A stretch of DNA of 64,000 bases from Bradymonadia bacterium (GCA_046290225.1 JBKAGE010000034.1:192001-256000); one strand, 5' to 3'. Shown: positions 49,801 through 57,248, counted from the stretch's first letter. A program made the numbers and translations. The notes: a model not told the origin generated them from the letters alone.

Positions 49801-52174
49801 TACCGTCTGCTCGGGTCACCGTCTTCGTCGAGGCGTCGAGGATGGGGGCCGACACCACCGTGAGGGCGCCGGCGGAGACTTCGGCCACCTGCGTAGGATC
49901 GATGGGCGCCTCGATGGTGGCCGTGTTGCGGATCTCCGTACCGTTGGCCACATCATCGACGATCTGCACCGTGTAGATCAGCTGTATGCGACCCTCGGGT
50001 GGCACGGTCGCGAAGCCCTGGACCCGCCCGTTGATGCAGATGAAGTTCCCCTGAGATCGGGGATCGATGGTGCAGGCTTCTGTAGCCTCGGGCAGCAGAT
50101 CATCCACGAAGATGCTGGCATCTGCGGCCCCCGTGTTGGTCACGGTGACGGTGTACTCGATGACGTCGCCGGGCTCCACGAGGCCCCCGTTGACGTCAAC
50201 ACCCACCTTTCGAGTGCCAGCGCCGGTGATGTCCACCTCGGCAGAGAGCGTGAGTCGTGTCGGGTCGTTCTCCGCCGCCGTCGCCGGATCATCCGTGAGG
50301 ATCAGCTGCCCGGCGGCGGTGACCTGCCCCTGGTTGCTGATTTGGAACCCGTTCACCCCCCCTGGAGGGATGCCGTCAGCGAGCAGCGCCTCGGTGTCGT
50401 GAATGGAGCCGAGGATGATGATGTTGAGCCCCCCTGGGGGCACCACCAACGACTCCAGCCGCACGGAATTGCCCTGGGTGCGGTTCACCCCCTGCCCTGC
50501 AAAGACCACCTGGTTCACGTCGATGAACCGCGGCACCTCGTCGACGAAGAGCACATCGTTCACGTTGCGCGGGTTGGGGTTGGGGATGGTGATGATGTAC
50601 TGGATCGCCTCGCCGGGCACGAAACGGCCATCACCGTCGCCCACCACCTGCTTGCTCACCTGACCGAGGGCCAGATCGCCGAGGACCACGACAACGGCCT
50701 CGTTGCTGTCGATGGCGTCGAGATCGCTGGCGCTGATGCTGGCCTGGGAGATCAGACGGGTCCCGGCGGCCACGCCCTGATCGATGGTGGCCCGGAAGGT
50801 GATCACCCGATCGTTGTCGCCCTGGAACGGGATGTTGCCCACGTTGAGGCCCAGGGCCAGCGGGTTCGCCACCTCTTCACCGGGGATGGGATCCGCCCCG
50901 TCGACCCTCAAGCTGCCGGGCAGATAGGTCAGCCCGTCGGGGAGGGCCAGCTGGGCCAGCGTGTTCTCGGCGTTGAGGGTGCCCTCGTTCTCGATCCGGA
51001 GCGTGAAGACCACCCGCTCGAGCGGTGCGGCCTCGTCGGGCACCACGGAGAGCTGCGTGCCGGCTCGACGGAAGTTCGGCGCGTTGCGATCGACGGTGAG
51101 CTGCACGTACCCGAGGATGAACATCTCCCCGCCCCCACCGGGATCGGGGTTGCGAGGGTTGACGAAACCATCACCGGATCCTGCTCGGATGCGGACGCGC
51201 TGTTGCCCTGATCGCAGCAGCGCCGAGACGTTGTACGTGTCGATGTCCAAACCGAGGGTGAAGCCCCCAGGGCTGGTGCTGTTGAAGAGGTTGTTCGGGG
51301 GATTGGTGGCGTTGGTGAGCTTGGTGCCGCCGAACTCGAGGAAGTCGAAGCACGTGTCGCACCGCACCTGAGGGTTGGCGTCGGTGTCCTGGGGTGGCAC
51401 CCCGAGGAAGGCGTCGCCCTCCATGGCGAAGAAGGTCAGGCTGGCCTCACCGTTCACCGGCATATCGAAGCCGTCGATGTCGAAGGTGTCGATGCCCGGG
51501 CTCGCCGGCGTCTCGTCGATCTGGCGGAAACCATCGTAGATGAAGATGTCGCGGAGCGTGTTCGCCGACTCCGCCTCGTAGATCAGGGCCAGGCTCCAGC
51601 CGGCGTACTTCGCCTGGCACTCCGCCGCCTGCTCCGGCGCACAGGTGCCATCGGGCAGGATCAGCCCAGGCTCCGCCTCGAGATCCCCGACCTGGTACTG
51701 ACCGTTGATGACACCGCCATCGAAGCGCTGACGCAGCCGCTCGGTGACGTCGGCCCGGCAGTAGAAGAAGCCCCCGAGGCGGTTCACCGTGACGCAGCGA
51801 TCCGCCTGCACGTCGTTGAAGAAGCCGCCGTCTGGGGTGGTGAGATCCACCGTGCGATCGGTCCCTGCCGCGATGCTCCCGCTCCAGAACAGGTAGGCCC
51901 CCACCAGCTCGGCATCGAAGGGCAGGCTGTTCACGTCACCGCCGGAGCGCGGCAACAGGCCGCTGTTCACCTCTGGCGCCGTGATCGAGGCCGTCATCAG
52001 CGTGTTCCCGGTGATGACCGCGCCACCGAAGACCTGATGCTGGCGATACAGCCGGTGCGGATCACCCTCCACCTCCGCGTGTGCGGGGGTGATGAAGGCG
52101 CCCAGCGAGAGCGCCACGAGGGAAAGGCAGCAAGCGGTGGCCCGGAGGGCCCGCGACAAGGGGGGTGTGCTCAC
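37805..52174 (-). CDS. Giant surface protein (~4,790 aa): signal peptide, about 17 DUF11/conserved-repeat domains, SdrD-B-like domains, degenerate OmpA-like domain, C-terminal beta-barrel-like region
   Basis: Signal ending PAHA; repeated K...PGxxxxYxxxVxNxG...DxLP...NQA...DDPxT...DPT; GRVFCDIDGDGKQQEGERGLPG; KGRGNDVPL...NERVEI; C-terminus FFRVIANY; start probably GTG 52174. Confidence 0.85.
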   Translation of the reverse strand: MSTPPLSRALRATACCLSLVALSLGAFITPAHAEVEGDPHRLYRQHQVFGGAVITGNTLMTASITAPEVNSGLLPRSGGDVNSLPFDAELVGAYLFWSGSIAAGTDRTVDLTTPDGGFFNDVQADRCVTVNRLGGFFYCRADVTERLRQRFDGGVINGQYQVGDLEAEPGLILPDGTCAPEQAAECQAKYAGWSLALIYEAESANTLRDIFIYDGFRQIDETPASPGIDTFDIDGFDMPVNGEASLTFFAMEGDAFLGVPPQDTDANPQVRCDTCFDFLEFGGTKLTNATNPPNNLFNSTSPGGFTLGLDIDTYNVSALLRSGQQRVRIRAGSGDGFVNPRNPDPGGGGEMFILGYVQLTVDRNAPNFRRAGTQLSVVPDEAAPLERVVFTLRIENEGTLNAENTLAQLALPDGLTYLPGSLRVDGADPIPGEEVANPLALGLNVGNIPFQGDNDRVITFRATIDQGVAAGTRLISQASISASDLDAIDSNEAVVVVLGDLALGQVSKQVVGDGDGRFVPGEAIQYIITIPNPNPRNVNDVLFVDEVPRFIDVNQVVFAGQGVNRTQGNSVRLESLVVPPGGLNIIILGSIHDTEALLADGIPPGGVNGFQISNQGQVTAAGQLILTDDPATAAENDPTRLTLSAEVDITGAGTRKVGVDVNGGLVEPGDVIEYTVTVTNTGAADASIFVDDLLPEATEACTIDPRSQGNFICINGRVQGFATVPPEGRIQLIYTVQIVDDVANGTEIRNTATIEAPIDPTQVAEVSAGALTVVSAPILDASTKTVTRADGTPLGGQALPGETLRYTLTVPNTGNRPATAVQIADSLAFDFDNVTPLDGGVFDAGANQITWNVGAVQVGAEAVVRFDATLPAVLADNTVIDNQGLVSAAELGDAVPTDDPATAAVDDPTRVVVRSQPRLLLTKSVDRAVARPGEQVTYTFTVTNTGSTEALDVSITDTLPGGVFGDIRPVGGQVVGSTVTFDGTDSADLRQLPVGASATFEVAATLQPVLAPRQVENQAIGVARNTDDPVLSDDPGTDAPSDPTIFTVQSAPVLSLTKAVEDLNGGDPQPGDRVRYVLSVENTGDAPTEGVVVTDPLPAELSDVVPGAGGRLDGGALVFEVGGDLIPGEAPSIFTFEATIAEGTPQGTQVSNQGTAAAGDISALSDDPATPAAGDPTVLVVVSRPDLSTSLKRVEPVGTVVAGQPVTYTLEVVNSGTAPATDVVVRDPLSALLGNPVAQGGQVVGGEARWTIDRLEAGASVEFTLTGLAPRPIADGTLLPNQAFLSAAELPDEVATDDPTTEAPDDPTVIIIEARPVLTATKTVRDLDGAPVRPGDVLEYTLEVRNTGGADAAGVTLTDVLDPNLTVELPGGAVVDGQTLTWDLVEVAVDTSVEQVFTARVAAPLDNGTRIENQGVVTFDDQRVLTDDPNTAPENDPTTVQVIAGADLSGSTKTVEDLNGGDVRPGDQLRYTVTVTNTGDAVARGVSVTDLLPDTLELVDAPGSIDGPDGRLWPFPAILPGGDRSIAFVAAVRPGVPDGTAIDNQAFASVEGAAEPFPTDDPNTAAVDDPTTVQVTASASLALTKQVVPVEGFPVRPGDLVDYTLRVENTGDGVSAPFEVSDVVPGELLVVDVPPPAGVINGTLRWPVGVLAPDASAVELTFRAQVRPETPDGQAVSNQAIIQLPDGTEVRSDDPSTIPQPDATSFSVVDGPDLRGATKAVDRDQVYGPGDTLIYTISVTNSGSRQATQVVITDPLPEGLTLVSSNPPAQILNGNPIWTFGTLGADETVVIEVTTAIGADVADGTSLVNQATVQAQGLPDQVTDDPSTDAVGDPTIIEVVARAVLRLTKAVEDDNGGAFNPGDAITWRLTLANDGNQATEALQVLDPIDDDLVNANAVDGQVENGVASWSLEALAPGATRELLLRARINPNAADGAEVVNQFAVSEEGSPRFLLSDDPTTPEPDDPVRFIVVRPEVSATKTVQTVGPGGFVPGAEVQYAIEITNTSETPVDRVLVSDPIDTLRLDNVVPGEGGIFDPDLGQVNWTPELFPELAVIAPGATVTLSVRARIRPLVPTGEVVSNQGLVDVGGVGRITPTDDPTTPAAGDPTDFVVSAPPQLAFIKQILGPPSGERVPGAVVTYQLIVQNVGVEPVFDPIFTDNLPPQVDYVPESTRLDGVPFSDIFGAPPFGPGMLLAIDGDPPALQPGTSTAITFDVRVRPDAPVGSEVLNQGSITDASDTITLSDDPTTAARPDPTGFIIDGGPQLSRFVKTWRLENDPDRREALVGDVIRWRLEVSNLGLGEARSVRINDPFPDGVRYVEGSISADGVPQTDALDADNAAVFNGQLVADFGDVPGGETRSLEFLTEVTEARDVVNQARAQAVGFDLLSDADDDPINGIQPTVVPVGEIPVRQAEIFKRVVGLEGNQVDIGEPVRFEIIVRNTGTEDLSQVQVFDDLPQSLLFEGFDGVPPGGRTQFDRPPAGALAGGQAQVILETLQVGQEVQFFIDTRVDPALDGSRQICNEARVDLRDLDPVNSPRACITAELRLGAVEGVVFQELDTEQGFQVEGDEAFADMRVAVYPMSDPDGEAAAEAITDAEGRFELPELRPGAYRVRVFTSSNVLFKIIDDVEVSGGETLSADLAIDPSGRVYNSVDGDLIDGAEIFIYRDEDLEDDDVLDAESLSRRVLVDPEDLEAPSQQGQRTANGGLYRFAVKVPGRYIVEVVPPGQSFVSPSVLVPATPGIATRQDVDDEGRVVPDPVPSVDPDADRTYFLGFDLQTADDLYLNNHIPVDPLSSLIDLEKRSTKPTATVGDVITYQVDIVNRSPVGLLFDPATGTGGVFLQDITPKGFKYVAGSVVFTRVDGGREIPLSADDPGPDDVNILRFGVVRQEDGRRVLRPFDLAAGEHIRVRYQMVVGANAKPKKRYTNRAVVLADGSVPVTRVARATVRVIADPIFDQGVLLGRVFCDIDGDGKQQEGERGLPGARVYMDHGWYSNTDSAGMFHFRDLDPGVHAVKIDTDTLLPGAVLTTDETRVINFTRGLPAKVSFGVTCPGESVTDPEVELDRGGMEAALEALRQQYLVVTGDVLRHTLTDGRQQLAAPEIKVKVSEKKKRRRKEKSEGGVIDLKYDSVRGRALGALVFRPTVPAGAGTDRWQLKVAAENGPWIEVKGGQGTPPRKIEWDLRGPDGRPMLTDRGVYQWRLELAAPDGQRYTSTVGRFGVGAMGPGSPELVRTLRGDLFKGRGRRLKLTEEGERLVAEVAGGLKARPGKITVEVHSAGVPGTPEAIEATGKRAALVEAAFKAQLPDPTRVSAKGRGNDVPLVPNFSRRNRRKNERVEIRIIPDGPAKPPESLVKGTPQPSWAKAHGQAATPGEDGRFALVVPVTEDGVVEVALQGPDGRRSIFVLRPAPGRQQAPLASRQLVVDGTVPDGLRIGGAVVKPRAIDVKVSAPEAAPLEGRSLKAPIPFKLKAGRAPVDQWRFILLTPSGKRLYEAAGAGRVDDEVVWSSPGDDSLSAGLYSYRLTVRYADGAVGQSAEGFLKVGKTTTSIPENKGQWGVRIDGRPMPQREVKGTTGPQIDGLVTVKGASALLVEIRRPDGGRGLFFVAPPKAPKAPDAKGADGQKSPAASKSPASPKSTAAPKSGVPQSLDPLPLREPDWDDNENKTAKKPSGLIVAPVDTLDGTAPKTTAQGEASAKDTDYKKVSTDPNGASKKPAEPEVPLAEKVKPASPKLSPAQRLAMEDFGRSELLTLLTTRTGVAGDLEIPARQLSVTLPPEGATLNSPTLPVFGRTDPQNVITLNGQPVDLDEKGNFSGVVELPIGEAKVEIVATDPGGNRGVIRRNYTVSGEQWFLLALGEGLTGSVNSELDGVYDHTRTRISDRVYLHGRAVAYLKGRMQGKDVLGGLFKQIKVTANVDTARHREYEAYFEQLIDPDTFYPVYGDSSESVRDVNARGPVYVLIEADRSTLTVGNFKTGIRGVELFNYDRTLYGAHLKLDVDTGDFRHELTAFASDDEESERHAYVELQGTGGSLYYLPHRDVVEGSERIYLIERDKISGVERRKIALSRDADYNIRYREGRILVKQPVQSSTLDVMGALPQVPSMNGNRTLDGHPVYISIEYDHRDLSNFGDQTFGVHARETWNKQITLGAGYIEEGRSDQGLPDYRLWGAELTARHGRKSFFTGELARSRSFNGENLFSDDGGLSFSPFNLRDGTDTEGSAFQLRLGVEMDDLIGEGKQDHWYTEGYWQYLSEGYYAGGTIQQQGLEKYGILSRYHIDKHHQLKVQHDGIVASEPGTQNFGVFRGFRRDVTRAGYQYTEKGLRIDGEIVRTYANEGGLLNPQSPGMPTNGVFNGDANSGLNTIATGTDDFIQPLDVYTLEVGGEYDLDDRWTLIGDQELVLRGDSRLHEDPLDLAVTTAGARYKMTESVSIEGTVSSRWSGDNAAQVGMTAEVDERHTVYVRDRRTDANGQVTHTLVMGGEERIGEKGEGRAYGEYQVENGAEGQRNRAIMGVGRRMKLVKGLHLDLGYERSQVFGASAGGQFSRDTVSLGAEWLEKKDLKLTGRYELRYEDNDEEFNRRDRSQVLALNAFSWKFQRDFSLLARLNYSHTMDLQLNGTEAELVEGTMGIAWRPVRTDWAAALLRYTKRYEQLPVQDLSAGLVTREESDVLAIIPIFELPYRLQLVEKLAYKRTASRVEAIPSVVSHTLLWINRLNFHLTDTWDIGGEYRFLQVSLAQNQQHGALFELNYIIEKRVRLGLGYNFTSFSDDEFQRLNEDHGGPFFRVIANY

Positions 52175-52333
52175 GTAAGTGCCCGAGATGGTTCGGCCCT
52201 CGCAGGAAGGGTGGAGGCCCGCATAGTAGGAGGGGGGGCGCGGCGAGCACAAGGGCTACCGGGGCTGCTTTAAGCCCCGCTCTTCAGCCCTTCACCAGAC
52301 CGCGTGATCTGAGGCGCTCGGTGGGTGCGCTGC

Positions 52334-54121
52334 TCAGGGGTTGGGGTAGTAGGCAGGCAGATCGGAGACGAGGGGGAAGAAGACCTCCGCGCGACGGGTG
52401 GTCACCTCCGCCCCACCCCCCTGGGTGATGCCGCCGACGATGAGCACGTTGCCCGTGGACATGGTCACCGCCTCATGCTCGTACCGGGGCTCGCCTGTGC
52501 AGCCAGCGCCGAGCGGCGCGGAGCCATACCGGGCGATGGGGGGATCGTTGGGATTGACCTGAGGTCGAACCGCCCCCTCGGGATCGCGCAGCGGCACGAG
52601 CTGGTACGCCGCCGAAGTCACTGCGCCACCACGGCGTCCGCCGACCACGAGGACGGTCTCGTCAGGGAGCACTGAAGCCGTCACGTCACCGACGCCAGCC
52701 TCGGCGTTGCCCAAGACCCCGACGGAGCCCGCGCCGTACAGCGTGAGGTTGGCGTCCATCATCTCGAGTTCGGTGATGCCGTCGCTGCGATCCGCGTTCT
52801 GGTGACCACCGACGAAGAGCACCTGGCGGCTGTCGTCGACGTTCACAGCCTGGTGGGCGAAGCGAGGACGCTCGAGGTTCACCCCTGCAGGGCTCACCCA
52901 ACACCCCTGGGTCTCGTTCGGTACCACGCCGTCGCCACCACAGCAGCCCGTGGTCTGGTTCGGGTTGCTGGTGAAGAGCTCGATGGAGTCGGTGGGCACG
53001 AGCCCCTGATCGCCCTGAGTGATCAACCCCCCTGCTGCGACGGCCTGGGCGCGGCCACCCTGGAAGAACAAGGTCGAGGTAGAGTGCTCCACCCGGGCCT
53101 GGCACATATCGCCCTGGCGCCGGAAGGTGCCCTCAGTGGGGTCGGCGGTTTGTGAGGGGAAGTAACGCCATGTGGAGGCGAGCGGGCTGCGGGTCGCCCC
53201 ATAGCCACCAGAGATCAACACCGAGCCGCTGCCGTCATCGAGGCGCGTGGCGGTGTGGCGGTAGCGCTGCTCCCCCTCGGGGAACAGGCCTTCGACGAGA
53301 CGCACGGGCTGATCCTCGTCAGCGAGATCGACGAGGGCGATGGTCTTCACGGGGGTCTGACGCCCGTCGATGTTCGCGAGGCCACCCACGACGAGGATGC
53401 GGCCGTCTTCCATGACCGTGGCCGTGTGCCACGCCCGAGCCGACTGCATGCGGATGTCGAGGGTCTGAAAGAGCCCCTCGTCGGGATCGTAGATCTCCAT
53501 GGTGTCGTAGATCTCGGAGATCAAGCCCGACTCCATGCGGGCGCCGCCCATGATCAAAACCCGACCGTCGGGGAGCGGGGTCGCCGTGTGACCCACTCGG
53601 ACGGGGCCCATGTCCTGGTTGCCGCCGGCAGAGGTATAGCCCTCCGGGGCACCCGTGTTGGCCACGACACAGCTCGTGGGACCCACCACCACCGCCTTGC
53701 GAGGCGAGCTGCCAGGCTCCACGTCGAAGGGCCGACTGGCCCCGTAGAAGAGCAAGCTGTCGTCGGCGCTGAAGCCGCGAATGAACAGCTGATGGCTGGG
53801 CCCGATGGGCAGCTGGTTCAGGCCACCGCTGCCGTCATCCAGGCGGAAGATCTCCACCCGCTGGCTGCTGTTGGGGGCGTCGGCCTGCACCGCGACGACC
53901 TCGATCTCCGCCACCCGGCTGCTGCCGGGCTCGAGCAGAGACTCTTGCCCCGCGGGGGTGTACAGGCGGATGTCGAGCTGGACATCCTCCTGTGTGGTCA
54001 CGTCACAGCCGGCGAAGACACCTACGAAGAGGCTCAGGGCGCCGGCGAGCACGGTGTTTGATGAGCCCAATTTTGATGAGTCCCATTTTGACGAGCACAG
54101 GCTCGATGAGCGGATACGCAT
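52334..54121 (-). CDS. Kelch-repeat (beta-propeller) lipoprotein
   Basis: FAGC lipobox; RVGHTATPLPDGRVLIMGG, RAWHTATVMEDGRILVVGG and similar; start ATG 54121. Confidence 0.88.
   Translation of the reverse strand: MRIRSSSLCSSKWDSSKLGSSNTVLAGALSLFVGVFAGCDVTTQEDVQLDIRLYTPAGQESLLEPGSSRVAEIEVVAVQADAPNSSQRVEIFRLDDGSGGLNQLPIGPSHQLFIRGFSADDSLLFYGASRPFDVEPGSSPRKAVVVGPTSCVVANTGAPEGYTSAGGNQDMGPVRVGHTATPLPDGRVLIMGGARMESGLISEIYDTMEIYDPDEGLFQTLDIRMQSARAWHTATVMEDGRILVVGGLANIDGRQTPVKTIALVDLADEDQPVRLVEGLFPEGEQRYRHTATRLDDGSGSVLISGGYGATRSPLASTWRYFPSQTADPTEGTFRRQGDMCQARVEHSTSTLFFQGGRAQAVAAGGLITQGDQGLVPTDSIELFTSNPNQTTGCCGGDGVVPNETQGCWVSPAGVNLERPRFAHQAVNVDDSRQVLFVGGHQNADRSDGITELEMMDANLTLYGAGSVGVLGNAEAGVGDVTASVLPDETVLVVGGRRGGAVTSAAYQLVPLRDPEGAVRPQVNPNDPPIARYGSAPLGAGCTGEPRYEHEAVTMSTGNVLIVGGITQGGGAEVTTRRAEVFFPLVSDLPAYYPNP
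54057..54116. repeat. Degenerate 15-bp tandem repeat x4 in the N-terminus of the Kelch lipoprotein
   Basis: tttgatgagcccaat tttgatgagtcccat tttgacgagcacagg ctcgatgagcggata. Confidence 0.7.
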
Positions 54122-54132
54122 GTGCTGTCTCC

Positions 54133-55632
54133 TTACCACCGCACCGAGGCGTTGAATTGAGTGCTCTCTTCGTCTTCCGAGGACAGCAGATAGCCTGCGG
54201 TGACGGCACCACCGACCACCACGGCACCCGTGACGGCCCAGAACACCCAGGAGCCGTACCAAGCGTCGTCATCGTCTTCACCGCCCTTGGGCTTTGGCGG
54301 CGGCGGGGGCTCGGTGAGGGTGACCACCGGCTCCGGATCAGGCACGGGCCGAGGGTCCACCACAGGATCTTTCTTCTCGGGCTTCGCCGGGGGCACCTCG
54401 GTCACCGCAGGCTTCGGCGGCGGATCGGATCGGGGCGCGGTCACGGGCTTCGGAGCCACGATGCCGCCCACCACGACCTTCTCGAAGGGGAACTTGTTCA
54501 CCGCGGCTTCTACAGCCTTGGAGAACGCCACCGCCTGGATGAAGGCGCTCGACATGTTGGCACGGAACTTCAGCTCGTCCAGAGCGACGACCTGCTGCTC
54601 CTTCACCCCATAGACGAAGGTGCTCATCACGAAGCCGGAGCCCTGGGTGGAGATGTTGCCCACCACGATGTACTTCGAGCGGGTGATCTCAGCAGCTTCG
54701 TTGGCCTTTGCCTTGAACGACGCGTCCACCACCCCACGGGAGGCCATCTCCTTAAGCGAGGCTTCCAGCTCCGCGGGCACCTTCTCTTCGGGGGGCGGCC
54801 CCAGATCGGTGCTCAGATCGAGAGTGGCGGTGACCACCTTCTTGCTCTTGGACTTCACCTTCACCGCAGCGGCGCCGGCGTCATCATCGCTGGCCTGGAC
54901 ATAGTGGAAGCCGCGAACCAGCCCGGTGACGGTGAGGGGGGACTTCCCCTTCTCTTCACCATCGACACGGATGGTGGCGCCGGGGGGGTTGGTGACCACC
55001 TTGATCTTGCCGCGCTTCTTCTTGAGGCGCTTCTTCTTCTCTTTGTTGAAGAACGCCTTGGTGTCGTCGGAGAACTCGTCGAGGGGCTCCGCGTCGGGGG
55101 CCATGGCGATGACCTGACGGAAGTAGTCCTTGGCGTCGCCGTCGAACTGCAGCTTGAGGCTCGTGGCCCCGAGGTAGCCCAGGGTCTCGAGCACGGCGTC
55201 GACACGGCCGACAGAGGGCAACCCCTCTTCGTACTTCTCGAGGGCCTGCTTCAGAGTCACCAGGGCCTCTTTGAACTTGCCGGCGGCAAAGAGATCTTTA
55301 CCGGCGGTGCGGAAGTTCTCCGCCTCGTTCACCCGGGGATCGTCCCCACCGGCCACGACGGTGATCTGCCCAGCACCGGTCCCCGCCAGCTCGATGTGGC
55401 GGTTCTTGATGAGATCTTCACGAGCAGCCTCGTCGAACTTCTCCGAGACCAGCCCGGCACCTGGGGCGTTGTCGACTTTGAGGGAGGCCACCCACACGCG
55501 TGGCTTGGGGCCAGTGTACCCCTTGGCCTCGGCGTGGTTGGGGGCCCAGGGCACCCCAAACGTCACTTGCTGGACCACCAGGAGTACAGCGAGCAACATG
55601 CGGGGGCGCGGAAGACGGTTGATCGAGTGCAA
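54133..55632 (-). CDS. TPR plus PEGA domain exported protein with Pro-rich linker and C-terminal hydrophobic helix
   Basis: PEGA VTNPPGATIRVDGEEKGKSPL; WYGSWVFWAVTGAVVVGG; start 55632 or 55599. Confidence 0.85.
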   Translation of the reverse strand: MHSINRLPRPRMLLAVLLVVQQVTFGVPWAPNHAEAKGYTGPKPRVWVASLKVDNAPGAGLVSEKFDEAAREDLIKNRHIELAGTGAGQITVVAGGDDPRVNEAENFRTAGKDLFAAGKFKEALVTLKQALEKYEEGLPSVGRVDAVLETLGYLGATSLKLQFDGDAKDYFRQVIAMAPDAEPLDEFSDDTKAFFNKEKKKRLKKKRGKIKVVTNPPGATIRVDGEEKGKSPLTVTGLVRGFHYVQASDDDAGAAAVKVKSKSKKVVTATLDLSTDLGPPPEEKVPAELEASLKEMASRGVVDASFKAKANEAAEITRSKYIVVGNISTQGSGFVMSTFVYGVKEQQVVALDELKFRANMSSAFIQAVAFSKAVEAAVNKFPFEKVVVGGIVAPKPVTAPRSDPPPKPAVTEVPPAKPEKKDPVVDPRPVPDPEPVVTLTEPPPPPKPKGGEDDDDAWYGSWVFWAVTGAVVVGGAVTAGYLLSSEDEESTQFNASVRW

Positions 55633-55724
55633 TCGAGCCTCCTCCAGGGTCAGTGAAGCCGCCCTGACAGAACGGCTGCGGTTAGCATGGGGGCGCAGTT
55701 GACGTCAACGACGAGAGACATCAG

Positions 55725-57248
55725 GTGAAACTGTCAATTCCAGGGAAAATCTTCGCCGGGTTCCTCGCCCTGCTGCTCACCTTTACGCTGGTGAGCGGTT
55801 ACACCGCCCTGAAGGTGCACACCCTCGGGGAGCAGATCGACACCCTGCACCGCAACCTGGTGCCCCTCCCCGTGACCATGGCGGAGATCAGAAACGACGT
55901 CTCGGGTCTCAGCCGGATCGTGAGCGAGCGGGATCCCGCCCTCTTGCGTCGTGGCGTGAACGTGGCCCGCCGGGCCTACCCGTTCCTCGAACGCCTGGAG
56001 CGCCGATTCGACAAGGCTCGGGATCTCGTCGCCAGCGAGGGCCTGCCGAAGACCATCGCCCCCACAATCCAGGCCCTGAAGATGCTCGACGCTGCCCGAG
56101 TCGACCTCGCCAGCGAGGTGAGCGCTTTTTTTGAAGCGGTGGAGCGCACCGAGGGGATCCCCGAGGGTCAACGGGCCCTCATCGATCACCTCAGCGAGTT
56201 TCAGCGCTCAGTGCGCCTGTTCGAGCTTCGCGTCTCCGGGGCCCTCACTCAGGCCCTCGCCGCCTTCGCCGCGGAGGAGCAGCGGGCGGTGTGGTCCATC
56301 GTCCTCCTCGCCGCCGTGGCCCTCGTGGTGGGCATCGTCATCGCCGTGAGCGCCGCCCGCATCCTGCGACCCCTCGGTCCACTGCGCGCCGCGGTGGCCC
56401 GTCTCGCTCAGGGCGCACCCACCGAGCCTGTGCCTGTGGACTCTCACGACGAGCTCGGCGCCCTCGCCGCGGACTTCAATCAACTCGCCGAAGCGCTCCA
56501 GGCCCGAGATGCTCAGCTCGCAGCCCAGCAGGCAGAGCTTCTGCATCAAGATCGCCTAGCCACTGTGGGCCGCATGTCGGCCCAGATCACCCACGAGCTG
56601 CGGAACCCGCTGTCGAGCATCGGCCTCAACTCCGAGCTGCTCATGGAAGAGCTTGACCTGCTCGGCGGCGCCGACGAGGCCCGTGGGCTCCTCGCCAGCA
56701 TCATCAAAGAGGTGGAGCGTCTGCGGGACATCACCGAAGAGTACCTGCGCTTCGCCCGCCTCCCCCGCCCCGAGGCCATCGCCGTGGATCTCAACCACAT
56801 GGGCCAGGAGCTCATCGAGTTCTGCAAATCGGAGATGGATCAGAGCGGCGTCAAGATGAGGTTGGACGCCGATCGAGCCGCGCGACCCGCCCTCGCCGAT
56901 CCCAACCAGCTGCGGTCGGCGATCCTGAACCTCACCCGAAATGCTCGGGAAGCCCTCGAGCAGCACGGCGGTGGCCACGTGACACTCCGGGTACGCTCCC
57001 TGGGCACTTGGGCCACCCTGGAGGTCATCGACGACGGCCCCGGGCTCACAGAGGAGGCCCGAGAGCGACTCTTCGAACCGTTCTTCAGCACCAAACCTCA
57101 GGGCACAGGCCTTGGTCTCTCCATGGTGCAGAAGATCGTGCTGGCTCAGGGTGGAGAGGTCGAAGTGGCCTCGGGGCCCACCCGCGGGACCCGGGTGAAG
57201 CTCAAGCTGCCTCTCGGAGAGGACGAACCTCAGTGGTCTGCATCGTAA
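55725..57248 (+). CDS. Sensor histidine kinase (2 TM, HAMP, HisKA, HATPase)
   Basis: DELGALAADFNQL; ITHELRNPL; NLTRNA; DDGPG; GTGLGL. Confidence 0.93.
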   Translation: MKLSIPGKIFAGFLALLLTFTLVSGYTALKVHTLGEQIDTLHRNLVPLPVTMAEIRNDVSGLSRIVSERDPALLRRGVNVARRAYPFLERLERRFDKARDLVASEGLPKTIAPTIQALKMLDAARVDLASEVSAFFEAVERTEGIPEGQRALIDHLSEFQRSVRLFELRVSGALTQALAAFAAEEQRAVWSIVLLAAVALVVGIVIAVSAARILRPLGPLRAAVARLAQGAPTEPVPVDSHDELGALAADFNQLAEALQARDAQLAAQQAELLHQDRLATVGRMSAQITHELRNPLSSIGLNSELLMEELDLLGGADEARGLLASIIKEVERLRDITEEYLRFARLPRPEAIAVDLNHMGQELIEFCKSEMDQSGVKMRLDADRAARPALADPNQLRSAILNLTRNAREALEQHGGGHVTLRVRSLGTWATLEVIDDGPGLTEEARERLFEPFFSTKPQGTGLGLSMVQKIVLAQGGEVEVASGPTRGTRVKLKLPLGEDEPQWSAS

